Origin: an uncultured Acidobacteriaceae bacterium
Lineage (GTDB): Bacteria > Acidobacteriota > Terriglobia > Terriglobales > Acidobacteriaceae
Assembly (NCBI GenBank): GCA_963839075.1
Contig: CAWITO010000009.1
Coordinates: 1,306,720-1,370,719 of the forward strand
Reading direction: 5' to 3'
DNA: 64,000 nt
Every line of letters starts with the position of its first letter. Positions within the stretch are counted from its first letter, which is position 1. The notes under the pieces were generated by a model that was given only the letters and a program-made list of their open reading frames with translations, was not told the origin of the DNA and searched no databases. Below are positions 51,195-60,270 of this stretch, piece after piece. Position numbers and translations under genes: made by a program.

Positions 51195-53883
51195 TCAAAA
51201 CCACATCGGAACTCTTGCGCAACTGCAGCACTCCCAGCTTGTTCCCCGAGGGAGACCATTCGAAATCCACTATCGTGTCGTGGGTCGCATTGATAAGAAA
51301 ATGCGACGGGGAGCCGTCGATGGGTTGATAGAGAAGTGTATTACCGGTTTTTGTTCTCGCCCCTGCCACAATCGCTTTTCCATCGGCGGAGAACATCGGA
51401 GAACCACCCTCGGCATAGCTCACATCCATTGGGAAACTATGCACAATCGAGTGCGAGCCGAGGTCGAAGATCGCCTGGGATGCGGTGAGATGCTCTACCA
51501 GGTTCAGGTCCGCCAGTTTTGCGCTCCGATCCAGCAGGAAGTTACCGAATGCATGGTATTCGAAGTTTTTCCTTGGCTCCCCTCCCGCCAACGGAACCGA
51601 CCATAACGAAACCAGCTGGACATCCGTGCCATCGTGCAAGCTGAAGTACGCCTCCCGGCTATCTGGCGCACACGAGGGAGCACGCACTGTTCCCGTCGTG
51701 GTCAGTTGTTTTAAATCGCTGCCGTCTGCGTTGATGCGGAACAAGCGCGGTTCTTCTTCGTTCGCCGGGGTTGCCGTGAACAGGACCGGGCCGGCGGGGC
51801 AGGCCGTAATGTATCTGCCGGGATTCAGATTGCCGAGATAGAGTGGCTGCATCGCTCCAGTGGCGGTTTCCAATTGGTAGATGCCCAGGCTGCGTGCGAT
51901 CAGCAGAACGCGATCCTCACTTGTCCAGGTTAATGAGGTCGGCGAGATGTGTAGCGGGGTACTGGCTGTCATCGCCCCGCCGTCTCCCGGGTAGTACGCC
52001 AGAGTTGAATCCACGTTCGTTAATACGGTGGCCAGTTCCTTGCCGCTGGCGGAAAGCGCCAGCTCACTGTAGTCATTCACGTCGTTGGTTAACGCGCGGA
52101 AATCCCCGCCGGGCACGCCCAGGATGCCAATCTGCTCCCGGTCTGCGTGCGGCTTGGAGTAGAGCGCGAGCAGATGCTTGCTGTCGGGCAGCCATGCAAG
52201 ATCGGAATAACCCAGATCCTTGCGGTCCAGCATTACTTCCCGTGGCTGAGCAATGGACCGGATTGTTTTGGCCGGCAAATCGATGAGCTTAACCTCGGCC
52301 GTAGTCGGTCCCGTCACCTCGATCCAGGCGATCTGGTCCCCACGCGGCGACCAGACCGGCGCTTCCGCCTTGGATGGGGTGCTATAGAGCAATTGGTCGT
52401 GGTTGCCATCTCGATCAGAAATATGCAGCTCGGAATACGCGTCCTTGCGCTCCGGCAACCACCGTAAATAGACAAACTGATTTCCGTCGGGTGACAAGCT
52501 CGGCGCGCTATCCACATCGAAGACCAGTTGCCTTGGTGTTCCGCCAAACAGTGGCATGCTGTAGATCCGCGCGAGCGTGCTATTGTCCGGCGTTCCCCGC
52601 GTGAAATAGACGTAGTTTCCGTCGGGAGAAAAAGTGACTCCAAGATAGTCCGCGGCTACCGGCTCCAGGATTTGTGTATCCGTATTGGTTGCGATGTTGC
52701 GTATCCACAGGCTCCGCGATCCGGCATCATTCTTGACCTCGGCGAGGAACTTTCCATCTCCGGAGAGGGCAAGCTTTTCGATGGTGCCGGTATTCGTAAT
52801 CTGCTCCACCGCGATGGAAGAGAACGGCGCCGGGTGCGGCCAGAAGCGCCATGCCGCCAATCCTGCTACGGTCGCCAGCAACACCGCAGCCAGTGCCAGG
52901 AGCAGGGTTCTGGTTTTTCTCCTTGCAGACCGCCTGCGCACCGTGATGGAGCCTGTCGGGACACTGAACCGGACGGTGCTGCTGCTTTTGCGCTGTAATC
53001 GACGCAGGGCGGCGCGCAATTGCGCGGCGGACTGGCAGCGCAGCTCCGGCTCCTTTTCCAGGGTTTCCTGCAAAATATCTTCGAATTCAGGTGGCAGCTC
53101 AGGGTTGGTGGCGCCCGGGGAGGGCGGAGGAATATTCAGAATGCGATCAAACGTGACCGCTGCCGTGGCGCCGGCAAAAGGATGCTGCCCGGTGGAGAGT
53201 TCATAAAGCACGACGCCGAGGGAAAAAACATCGCTCCGCGCATCGAGCACTTCGCCGCGAGCCTGTTCCGGCGACATGTACGCAATCGTGCCCACGGTCG
53301 ATCCGGGGCTGGTGATCGCGTGCGGCGGCTGTGGGTCGGCAATGGTCTCTGAATCCGCGCCTGCACTGCCGGGCATCAGGTCTCCGGTTTCGACCTTGGC
53401 CAGGCCAAAGTCCAGGATCTTGGCCTGGCCTGAGGGCGACAGGAAGAGATTGCTCGGCTTCAGGTCGCGGTGCAAGATGCCCTTGCGATGCGCGGCATCC
53501 AAAGCATCGGCCACCTGCGCGCCAAATTCCAGCAATTTGGTATAGGGCATCGGCTGCCGGTTGTAGATCCGGTCCAGGCTCCGCCCCTGTAGCAGCTCCA
53601 TCACGATGAAGGGTTGATCGCCGCTTTCGTTCAGTTCATGAACGATGCAGATCCCTGGATGGTTTAGGGAAGACGCGGTACGTGCTTCGCGCCAGAAGCG
53701 TTCGATAGCCGCAGGGTCCTGGCGGGTGGCTTCGAGCAGAACCTTGAGCGCGACCGGGCGCCCCAGCTTCTGGTCTTCGGCTTCATACACTACACCCATG
53801 CCGCCACGTCCCAGGCAGCGGATGATCCTGTAGTGGCCGAGCATCGAACCAGAGACCAATTGCAGCACGCTTTCATCATGCAA
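51154..53883 (-). CDS. Ser/Thr protein kinase with TM and C-terminal TolB/PD40-type beta-propeller region
   Basis: GRGGMGVVYEAED...VALKVL, HRDLKPSNLFL, DFGLAK and YMSPEQ. One TM span follows, then repeated ...SPDG..(V/L)(Y/F)... blades. Confidence 0.9.
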   Translation of the reverse strand: MHDESVLQLVSGSMLGHYRIIRCLGRGGMGVVYEAEDQKLGRPVALKVLLEATRQDPAAIERFWREARTASSLNHPGICIVHELNESGDQPFIVMELLQGRSLDRIYNRQPMPYTKLLEFGAQVADALDAAHRKGILHRDLKPSNLFLSPSGQAKILDFGLAKVETGDLMPGSAGADSETIADPQPPHAITSPGSTVGTIAYMSPEQARGEVLDARSDVFSLGVVLYELSTGQHPFAGATAAVTFDRILNIPPPSPGATNPELPPEFEDILQETLEKEPELRCQSAAQLRAALRRLQRKSSSTVRFSVPTGSITVRRRSARRKTRTLLLALAAVLLATVAGLAAWRFWPHPAPFSSIAVEQITNTGTIEKLALSGDGKFLAEVKNDAGSRSLWIRNIATNTDTQILEPVAADYLGVTFSPDGNYVYFTRGTPDNSTLARIYSMPLFGGTPRQLVFDVDSAPSLSPDGNQFVYLRWLPERKDAYSELHISDRDGNHDQLLYSTPSKAEAPVWSPRGDQIAWIEVTGPTTAEVKLIDLPAKTIRSIAQPREVMLDRKDLGYSDLAWLPDSKHLLALYSKPHADREQIGILGVPGGDFRALTNDVNDYSELALSASGKELATVLTNVDSTLAYYPGDGGAMTASTPLHISPTSLTWTSEDRVLLIARSLGIYQLETATGAMQPLYLGNLNPGRYITACPAGPVLFTATPANEEEPRLFRINADGSDLKQLTTTGTVRAPSCAPDSREAYFSLHDGTDVQLVSLWSVPLAGGEPRKNFEYHAFGNFLLDRSAKLADLNLVEHLTASQAIFDLGSHSIVHSFPMDVSYAEGGSPMFSADGKAIVAGARTKTGNTLLYQPIDGSPSHFLINATHDTIVDFEWSPSGNKLGVLQLRKSSDVVLITEQDGKANAGSR

Positions 53884-53925
53884 GACGCACGTCAGCGCGG
53901 CAAGTGGCTCGCCTCCCGGGTGGCC

Positions 53926-54873
53926 TTAACTTGCCTGTGCCTGGTTAGATCGTGAGCCGAGCAGGAGGTCCAGCACGCTTCCCGGCAACAGCCGGCTCAG
54001 GACCGCAGCGGCATAGCCCGGCGTGTAAAGGTTTCTGAGGAGTGCCAGCCGTTCGCGGTTCTCCTGGTTTAAGGGTTGCTTTTCCTCGATGAGCTGACGG
54101 GTAAGTTGCCGCCCGAAGCGGCGTGCGACGAAGCGGAGGCCTCTCTGATGAGACTCCAACTTCTCGCGATCGTTCTGGACGTACGGCAGCTGCATCTGCA
54201 TCACTCGGTGGCTTACCGACAACATCAGCCCGGCATCGCGGGAACTATTCGTCTCGTGCTGCCGGTATTCTGAGACTTCCTGGTCATGGGCAACGATGGG
54301 GCTGCTTCTCGCCAAACGCAAATAGAGTTCGTGGTCCTCAGCCCCGGAAAGACTCTCGTCAAACATGCCTGCGATGAAGAAACTGGACCGCCGATGGAGA
54401 GCGGAGCAGGGTGTTTCGACAAAATTGTGCTCCAACAGCTTCAGGTAGTGGTCCTGGGTGCCCGCGCGCTTATTTGAGCTTCCTAATTCCTCGCCGTTGG
54501 GCCCAATATAGCGATGCTCGCCCACCGCCATCGAGCAATCCGGATTCTGCTCGAGCAGGTCGACTCCCACCGCGACGGCATGCGGCAGCAAGCGGTCATC
54601 GTGGTCCAGAAACAAGACATACTTGCCGCGGCTCTGCCGGATTCCATGATTGCGGGCTGCAGAAACTCCGCCATTCCTTTGGCATATAAAGCGCACTGGA
54701 TAGGAACGCGCGACCCGGGCGGTGTCATCGGATGACCCGTCATCCACCACAATTACTTCGACTTCCGGGTAGGTTTGGGCTAATACGCTCTCGATCGTCT
54801 CGGAGAGAAACCGCTCTGCGTTGTAACAGGGAATGATCACTGAAACCAGGGGCGTATTGACTGGCATACACAA
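53926..54873 (-). CDS. Glycosyltransferase family 2
   Basis: VSVIIPCYNAERFLSETIESVLAQTYPEVEVIVVDDGSSDDT...FLDHDD (DxD). Confidence 0.85.
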   Translation of the reverse strand: MCMPVNTPLVSVIIPCYNAERFLSETIESVLAQTYPEVEVIVVDDGSSDDTARVARSYPVRFICQRNGGVSAARNHGIRQSRGKYVLFLDHDDRLLPHAVAVGVDLLEQNPDCSMAVGEHRYIGPNGEELGSSNKRAGTQDHYLKLLEHNFVETPCSALHRRSSFFIAGMFDESLSGAEDHELYLRLARSSPIVAHDQEVSEYRQHETNSSRDAGLMLSVSHRVMQMQLPYVQNDREKLESHQRGLRFVARRFGRQLTRQLIEEKQPLNQENRERLALLRNLYTPGYAAAVLSRLLPGSVLDLLLGSRSNQAQAS

Positions 54874-55039
54874 ACTATACGGACGGAAGGGTCGAAACGG
54901 ATTGCCCTAAATGGAAGCGGGAGGGTACCAGAGACCCGTTGCCCTGTTACCGAAAGTGCTGTTTTAGAGGGCTTAGCTGGGTTTATGGTTCGTGGTTGTG
55001 GTTGAACTTCGGTGATGGTTCGGCGCGGAAACTCAAAGG

Positions 55040-55981
55040 CTAACTTGCCTGCGGCTGGTCCGATCGCGAGCCGAGCAGGCGGTTCAGTAACTTTTCCGGC
55101 AACAGCCGGCTGAGCAAAGCGAAGGCAAAGCCGGCAACGTAATGGTTTCTCAGCAGCTGCAGCCGTTGCCGGTTCTCCGGCTTCAAGGGCTGCTTCTCCT
55201 CGATGAGTTGACGCGTGAGTTGCCGCCCAAAGCGCCGTGCGACGAAGCGCAGCCCCTTCTGATGAGATTCAAGCTTGTCCCGATCGTCCTGGACATACGG
55301 CAGCTGCATCTGCATGACGCGATGGCTCACCGATAACATCAGGCCGGCATCGCGAGAACTATTCGTCTCGTGCAGCCGGTATTCTGAGACTTCCTCACCG
55401 TGGGCGATAATGGAGCCGCTCCTTGCGATGCGCAAATAAAGTTCGTGATCTTCCGCTCCAAAAACGGTCTCGTCAAACATGCCGAAGGTGAAGAAACTGG
55501 ACCGGCGATGTAACGCGGAGCAAGGTGTCTCGACAAAGTTATGCTCCAGCAACATCAAGTAGAGATCGCGGCCCTCCGCGCACTTCCTCGAACTTCCTAA
55601 TTCCTCGCCGTTGGGTCCGATATAGCGGTGCTCGCCCACCGCCATGGAGCATCCCGGGTTCTGCTCTAACAACTCGACTCCAACTTCGACCGCTCTCGGC
55701 AGCAGGCGATCGTCGTGGTCGAGAAACAAAATGTATTTGCCGCGGCTCTGTCTTATTCCATTATTGCGGGCCGCAGACACGCGGCCGTTCTTCTGACTTA
55801 TAAAACGCACGGGATAGGATTGCGCGATCTGCGTGGTGTGATCGGTGGAGCCATCGTCCACTACGATCACTTCGATAGCTGGATATGTCTGCGCCAGTAC
55901 GCTCTCGATCGTCTCTGCGAGAAAGCGCTCTGCGTTGTAGCAGGGAATCACCACCGAAACCAGAGGCCGTTCGACTGGCAT
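55040..55981 (-). CDS. Glycosyltransferase family 2, tandem paralog of 53926..54873
   Basis: VSVVIPCYNAERFLAETIESVLAQTYPAIEVIVVDDGSTDHT... It is collinear with its neighbour over the full length, roughly 80% aa identity by eye. Confidence 0.85.
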   Translation of the reverse strand: MPVERPLVSVVIPCYNAERFLAETIESVLAQTYPAIEVIVVDDGSTDHTTQIAQSYPVRFISQKNGRVSAARNNGIRQSRGKYILFLDHDDRLLPRAVEVGVELLEQNPGCSMAVGEHRYIGPNGEELGSSRKCAEGRDLYLMLLEHNFVETPCSALHRRSSFFTFGMFDETVFGAEDHELYLRIARSGSIIAHGEEVSEYRLHETNSSRDAGLMLSVSHRVMQMQLPYVQDDRDKLESHQKGLRFVARRFGRQLTRQLIEEKQPLKPENRQRLQLLRNHYVAGFAFALLSRLLPEKLLNRLLGSRSDQPQAS

Positions 55982-56054
55982 GACGACAGTATAGCGTCGC
56001 CAGACCGCAGCCCAGGTACCGGAACCGCAATTTTCGGCTACATCTCTTAAAACC

Positions 56055-56420
56055 TTAAGGTTTGGTCGTCGTACTCAAACTTCCAGGCGCTTCATGGATG
56101 TGATGGATGACGATAGTGTCATCTTTGTACTCCACCTTGTCATAATCGCGGCCCGTGCTCTCTACGTAACAGCCACAGTCTGTATTGGCGTGGTGTGCCT
56201 GCTCGATGCCTTCCGTTGTCCCTTTCAGAGCCGCTTTGGCCTGGATCAATTTGTCCTGGGCGTCAGCAACCGCCTTTTTGGCATCAGTCATAGCTTTCAT
56301 TTCCGCTGGAGTGAGCTTCTCCGTCCGATCCACGGGCGTGGTTGCATCCGGAGAACTGCCAGCCGCCAAGCCGGGCGCTTGTGGCTGCAAGAGGGCGAGC
56401 ATAAGAATAGCGGTGATCAT
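56055..56420 (-). CDS. Small secreted protein, unknown function
   Basis: Inner ATG 56420: MITAILMLALLQPQAPGLAAG..., a coiled Lys/Ala-rich middle, then a Cys pair (DCGCY). Confidence 0.4.
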   Translation of the reverse strand: MITAILMLALLQPQAPGLAAGSSPDATTPVDRTEKLTPAEMKAMTDAKKAVADAQDKLIQAKAALKGTTEGIEQAHHANTDCGCYVESTGRDYDKVEYKDDTIVIHHIHEAPGSLSTTTKP

Positions 56421-56454
56421 AACTATCTCCTGTCCCGATGATAATCGGTTCGGC

Positions 56455-57804
56455 TTAAATTCCGATCTCAACCCGGATAGCCTGCGCGATGCGCTCTGCA
56501 TGTTCGCGCATCTGCTGCTCCGACTCGGCTTCAATCATCACCCGCGCCAACGCCTCGGTGCCGGAATAGCGCACCACGACTCGGCCGTTGCCGTGTAGAT
56601 CGGTCTCCGCCTGGTGAATGCTCTCCACGACGGCCGGAATCTGATCCAGCGGCCGTTTCTCGCGTACTTTCACATTCACGATCACTTGCGGAAAGACCCG
56701 CAGATCGCTGAGCAATTCGTGCAGCTTCTTGCCGGAGCGCGCCAGCGTATCGAGCAAAACCAGCGCCGTGAGCAAGCCATCGCCGGTGGTGCTGCGCCGA
56801 GGAAAAAGAATGTGGCCCGACTGCTCCCCGCCCAGGCTGGCGTGGTGCTTCTGCATCATCTCCAAAACATATTTGTCACCCACCGGAGCGCGCAGCATGC
56901 GTATCCCTGTCTTGCGCAGCGCTGCCTCAAGGCCCATATTCGACATCGTGGTGGCAACGACCAGGTCGCCGCTTAGCTCGCCGCGCGATTGCATGTCGCG
57001 CGCTGCCAGCAGCATGACTCCATCGCCATTGACCACCCGGCCTTGTGCGTCGGCAAAGAGGGCGCGGTCGGCGTCCCCGTCGAAGGTAATGCCCAGGTCG
57101 GCCTCCATCTCTTTGGTTTCCCGGGCTACGACCTCGGGGTGCAGCGCACCGCAATTCTCGTTGATGTTGCGGCCGTTCGGGCTTACATGGGTCAGATGGA
57201 TTTCTCCCCCCAGGGAGCTAAAGAGTTCCGACGCAATGACCGCGGCCGCACCATTGGCGCAATCGATCACCACTTTCTTGCCTGCCAGGTTCAGTTGCGG
57301 CGCCACGTTGCTCAGGTAGGCTTCGTACTCCTCCCGCAGCGTCTTGTTTGCCGGCGGTGCGCTGCCCTGCCGCAAATCGGCCGGCGGTGGCTGCTTCAAG
57401 TTGCGAAAGATTTCGTCCTCGATGGTCAACTCGGTGGCATCGGGCAGTTTGTATCCATCGCCGCCAAAGACCTTGATTCCGTTGTCCTGCCAGGGATTGT
57501 GCGAGGCGGAAATGACCACGCCGGCCGCCAGCTGGTGCTGCCGGGTCAGATAGGCAACGCCTGGGGTGGTGATGACCCCGGCGTTCCAAACCTCGGCCCC
57601 GCCCGCTTGCAGGCCGGCGGAGATGACGGCTGAGATCCATGGGCTCGACTCGCGGGTATCCGATCCCAACAAGACCCTGGGGTGGGGATGCAGACTCGCG
57701 AGCGAGGAGGCCAGTGCCATGCCGGTGGCGTAAATCGTCGGCGCGTCCAGAGGCGCCTCTCCGGCGACCCCGCGAATTCCATCCGTTCCAAAAAGCTTTC
57801 TCAT
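56455..57804 (-). CDS. glmM: Phosphoglucosamine mutase
   Basis: MRKLFGTDGIRGVAGE..., the active-site SASHNPWQDNGIK, and GDGDADR. Confidence 0.95.
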   Translation of the reverse strand: MRKLFGTDGIRGVAGEAPLDAPTIYATGMALASSLASLHPHPRVLLGSDTRESSPWISAVISAGLQAGGAEVWNAGVITTPGVAYLTRQHQLAAGVVISASHNPWQDNGIKVFGGDGYKLPDATELTIEDEIFRNLKQPPPADLRQGSAPPANKTLREEYEAYLSNVAPQLNLAGKKVVIDCANGAAAVIASELFSSLGGEIHLTHVSPNGRNINENCGALHPEVVARETKEMEADLGITFDGDADRALFADAQGRVVNGDGVMLLAARDMQSRGELSGDLVVATTMSNMGLEAALRKTGIRMLRAPVGDKYVLEMMQKHHASLGGEQSGHILFPRRSTTGDGLLTALVLLDTLARSGKKLHELLSDLRVFPQVIVNVKVREKRPLDQIPAVVESIHQAETDLHGNGRVVVRYSGTEALARVMIEAESEQQMREHAERIAQAIRVEIGI

Positions 57805-59222
57805 AATTTGCGGGGAGGAGTGTTCCTTTCGACGACCTGGCTAGTGAGCGTGCTATTGGAGAAGCGGGTGGTGATCAGACCGCCGTCGGTGGCTGCGTCG
57901 GCTTCGCGTATCAGCTTTCCGTCCTGGTCGAAGACCAGCGCATACCCTCGGCTCAGCACCGCCAGGGGGGAGAGCGTCAGCAGACGCCCCTCTGTACCGG
58001 AGTATCTTGCACTGGCCCGCTGTAGCAGCGCCTCCTGGGCGCGACCGATGCGTCCCTCCAGCGCAGCCAGCCGTTCCCGAACGGTGCGCATCCGATGGCT
58101 TACATCCTGACGCAGCAGCCGAGCCTCGAGTTTCTGCAACTTTTCCGTGATCTGCCTGCTTTGGCGATGCCAAGCTGCGTCGATCTGGTACTGCAATTCG
58201 TCGAGGCGCTGCTGGCGGCGGGCGAGCCCATTGCGCATGCGGGCGAACGCAGCCGGAGCTGCGATTCGGGTGAAACGCTCCTGGGCACGAATCAACTGGT
58301 AGCGGCAGGCCTGCGTGAGTCTGCGATGCAGCTGCTCCACCCGCTCTTCCAGTTTGTGTTGCGCTTCCGTCAGCAATTCCGCGGCTGCGGAGGGAGTGGG
58401 CGCGCGCAAATCAGCGACAAAATCGGCGATGGTGAAGTCGGTCTCGTGGCCGACCGCCGAAACGATGGGCAAACGGGATTTGGCGATGGCTCGGGCAAGG
58501 AGTTCGCTGTTGAACGGAGCCAGGTCCTCGAGCGAACCGCCTCCGCGCGCGAGAACGATCACGTCCACGGTGCGTGACTGATTGAAGAACGCGATACCGG
58601 CGGCAATTTCCAGCGCCGCCGTCTCTCCCTGCACTGCGGTGGGATACAACTGCACGTGCAGGCCGAGGTGACGCCGGCCGGCCACATTGAGGAAGTCGCG
58701 AATCACTGCACCGGTGGGCGAAGTGATGATGCCGATGCAATGGGGAAAGCTGGGCAAAGGCTGCTTGTGTTCCGCATCGAAGAGGCCTTCCTGCAGCAGC
58801 CGGGCTTTTAGTTGTTCGAAGGCAATTTGCAAAGAGCCGGCGCCTACGGGCTCGACAAATTCGGCCACCAGCTGCATTTGGCCTCGCTGCTCGTAGACGG
58901 AGACGCGGCCCCGCACCAGGATCTGCAGGCCATCCTCCAACTTGAAGCGCAGCAGCAGCGCCTGGCGGCGAAATAGCACCACCGGCAGCTGCGCATCGCC
59001 GTCTTTCAGCGTGAAGTAAACATGGCCGGAAGGAGCGGGGCGGAAGTTGGATACTTCTCCTTCGACCCAAACATCCGCGTACTCGCGCTCAATGTGGTTT
59101 CTGACCTCGCCGACCAACTGGCCGATCCGCCATACCCGTCGCTGATTCGCGGCCGGTTCCGGGAAGACCAGTCCCATCTGGCTCAGCGATTCATCCGGGT
59201 TGGGCACCGATCTCTCCACCAA
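57801..59222 (-). CDS. xseA: Exodeoxyribonuclease VII large subunit
   Basis: OB-fold N-terminus ...VWVEGEVSNFRPAPSGHVYFTLKD..., then ...IGIITSPTGAVIRD...RGGGSLEDL. 4-nt overlap with glmM. Confidence 0.9.
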   Translation of the reverse strand: MVERSVPNPDESLSQMGLVFPEPAANQRRVWRIGQLVGEVRNHIEREYADVWVEGEVSNFRPAPSGHVYFTLKDGDAQLPVVLFRRQALLLRFKLEDGLQILVRGRVSVYEQRGQMQLVAEFVEPVGAGSLQIAFEQLKARLLQEGLFDAEHKQPLPSFPHCIGIITSPTGAVIRDFLNVAGRRHLGLHVQLYPTAVQGETAALEIAAGIAFFNQSRTVDVIVLARGGGSLEDLAPFNSELLARAIAKSRLPIVSAVGHETDFTIADFVADLRAPTPSAAAELLTEAQHKLEERVEQLHRRLTQACRYQLIRAQERFTRIAAPAAFARMRNGLARRQQRLDELQYQIDAAWHRQSRQITEKLQKLEARLLRQDVSHRMRTVRERLAALEGRIGRAQEALLQRASARYSGTEGRLLTLSPLAVLSRGYALVFDQDGKLIREADAATDGGLITTRFSNSTLTSQVVERNTPPRKL

Positions 59223-59264
59223 ACGTCGAGTCTACAGCCGAACTACAGCGATCTGCAGTTTGCT

Positions 59265-59489
59265 TTACCGCCGGAAACGGGAGATGAGGTAAAAGATGAT
59301 CGAGAAGACGATGCTCAACAGGATCGATGTTCCCAACGGGAAATACACGGAAACACTGCGCCCGCGATAAGAAATGTCTCCCGGCAGCCTGCCCAGTGGA
59401 ATCCCTGTTCTGCCCAGCAGTAGCAACACTCCGCCCGCCACCAGCAGCACCAATCCCACAGCGATCAGCAGCCGTCCCACGTCGCTCAT
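59265..59489 (-). CDS. DUF2905 family small membrane protein
   Basis: ...LLLLGRTGIPLGRLPGDISYRGRSVSVYFPLGTSILLSIVFSIIFYL matches the DUF2905 pattern (from memory). Confidence 0.7.
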   Translation of the reverse strand: MSDVGRLLIAVGLVLLVAGGVLLLLGRTGIPLGRLPGDISYRGRSVSVYFPLGTSILLSIVFSIIFYLISRFRR

Positions 59490-59528
59490 TTATCCATTTT
59501 AGTCGAGCAGCAGATCCTCAACCCGGAA

Positions 59529-59897
59529 TCAGCTGGGACGGGTGGGTCCTTGTTCGATCAGCTTGGTCAGTTCTGCCAAAAGTACCTGGAGCCGCTCGAT
59601 CTCGGTGCGTCCTGGCGGGGTATCCTGCCCGAACAGGCATTCCGCCTCACGCGCCAGGTCGGTGCCTCGCGGCAGACCAAATGTACCCAGTACACCCGCC
59701 AGCTTATGGGCAGAATCCACAGCCCGCCGCTGGGTGGCCGGATCGAGCTGGTTTTGATTCCACAGCTCACCCGCTGTCTGCAGCAGGGCCGCACGCTCTG
59801 CTACCGTGTGCCTGCTGCGTTCCCACAGGCCGGATAACATGACCTGCAGTTTCTGCTCCTGGGTCTGTCCGTCGTCACTCACGGGATTAATCGCCAT
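59529..59897 (-). CDS. Hpt (histidine phosphotransfer) domain protein
   Basis: Phosphohistidine motif ...AVDSAHKLAGVLGTFGL... (HxxKG-like). 122 aa, four-helix-bundle length. It overlaps the upstream receiver gene by 11 nt. Confidence 0.7.
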   Translation of the reverse strand: MAINPVSDDGQTQEQKLQVMLSGLWERSRHTVAERAALLQTAGELWNQNQLDPATQRRAVDSAHKLAGVLGTFGLPRGTDLAREAECLFGQDTPPGRTEIERLQVLLAELTKLIEQGPTRPS

Positions 59898-60270
59898 CTT
59901 TCCAGCCTAGGGCCGCGGCAATCTGCCGCGACAGGGTAAGAGGATCAAACGGCTTGAAGAGAGTTGCCGCCACGCCCATTTCCGCGAACTTGCGCTGATC
60001 CGGACCCTGCACTTTGGCGGTCAAGAGCAACACGGGGATATGGGAGGTCTTGGCACTCGCCTTCAGCTTGAGCAACGTCGTGGGCCCGTCCATCTCAGGC
60101 ATCATCACGTCGAGCAGGATGGCATCCGGCTGCTCGATCGCCGCGCGCTCAATCCCTTGCTTTCCGGAGTTTGCCAGAACAACGTCCCAACCGGCTACCG
60201 TCTCCAGGCTCATGCCCGCCACCTGGCGGATGTCGTCTTCATCATCGATGATCAGAATGCGGCGTGTCAT
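59887..60270 (-). CDS. Single-domain (CheY-like) response regulator
   Basis: RILIIDDEDDIRQ...AILLDVMMPEMDGPTTL...PVLLLTAK...KPFDP. Confidence 0.9.
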   Translation of the reverse strand: MTRRILIIDDEDDIRQVAGMSLETVAGWDVVLANSGKQGIERAAIEQPDAILLDVMMPEMDGPTTLLKLKASAKTSHIPVLLLTAKVQGPDQRKFAEMGVAATLFKPFDPLTLSRQIAAALGWKDGD

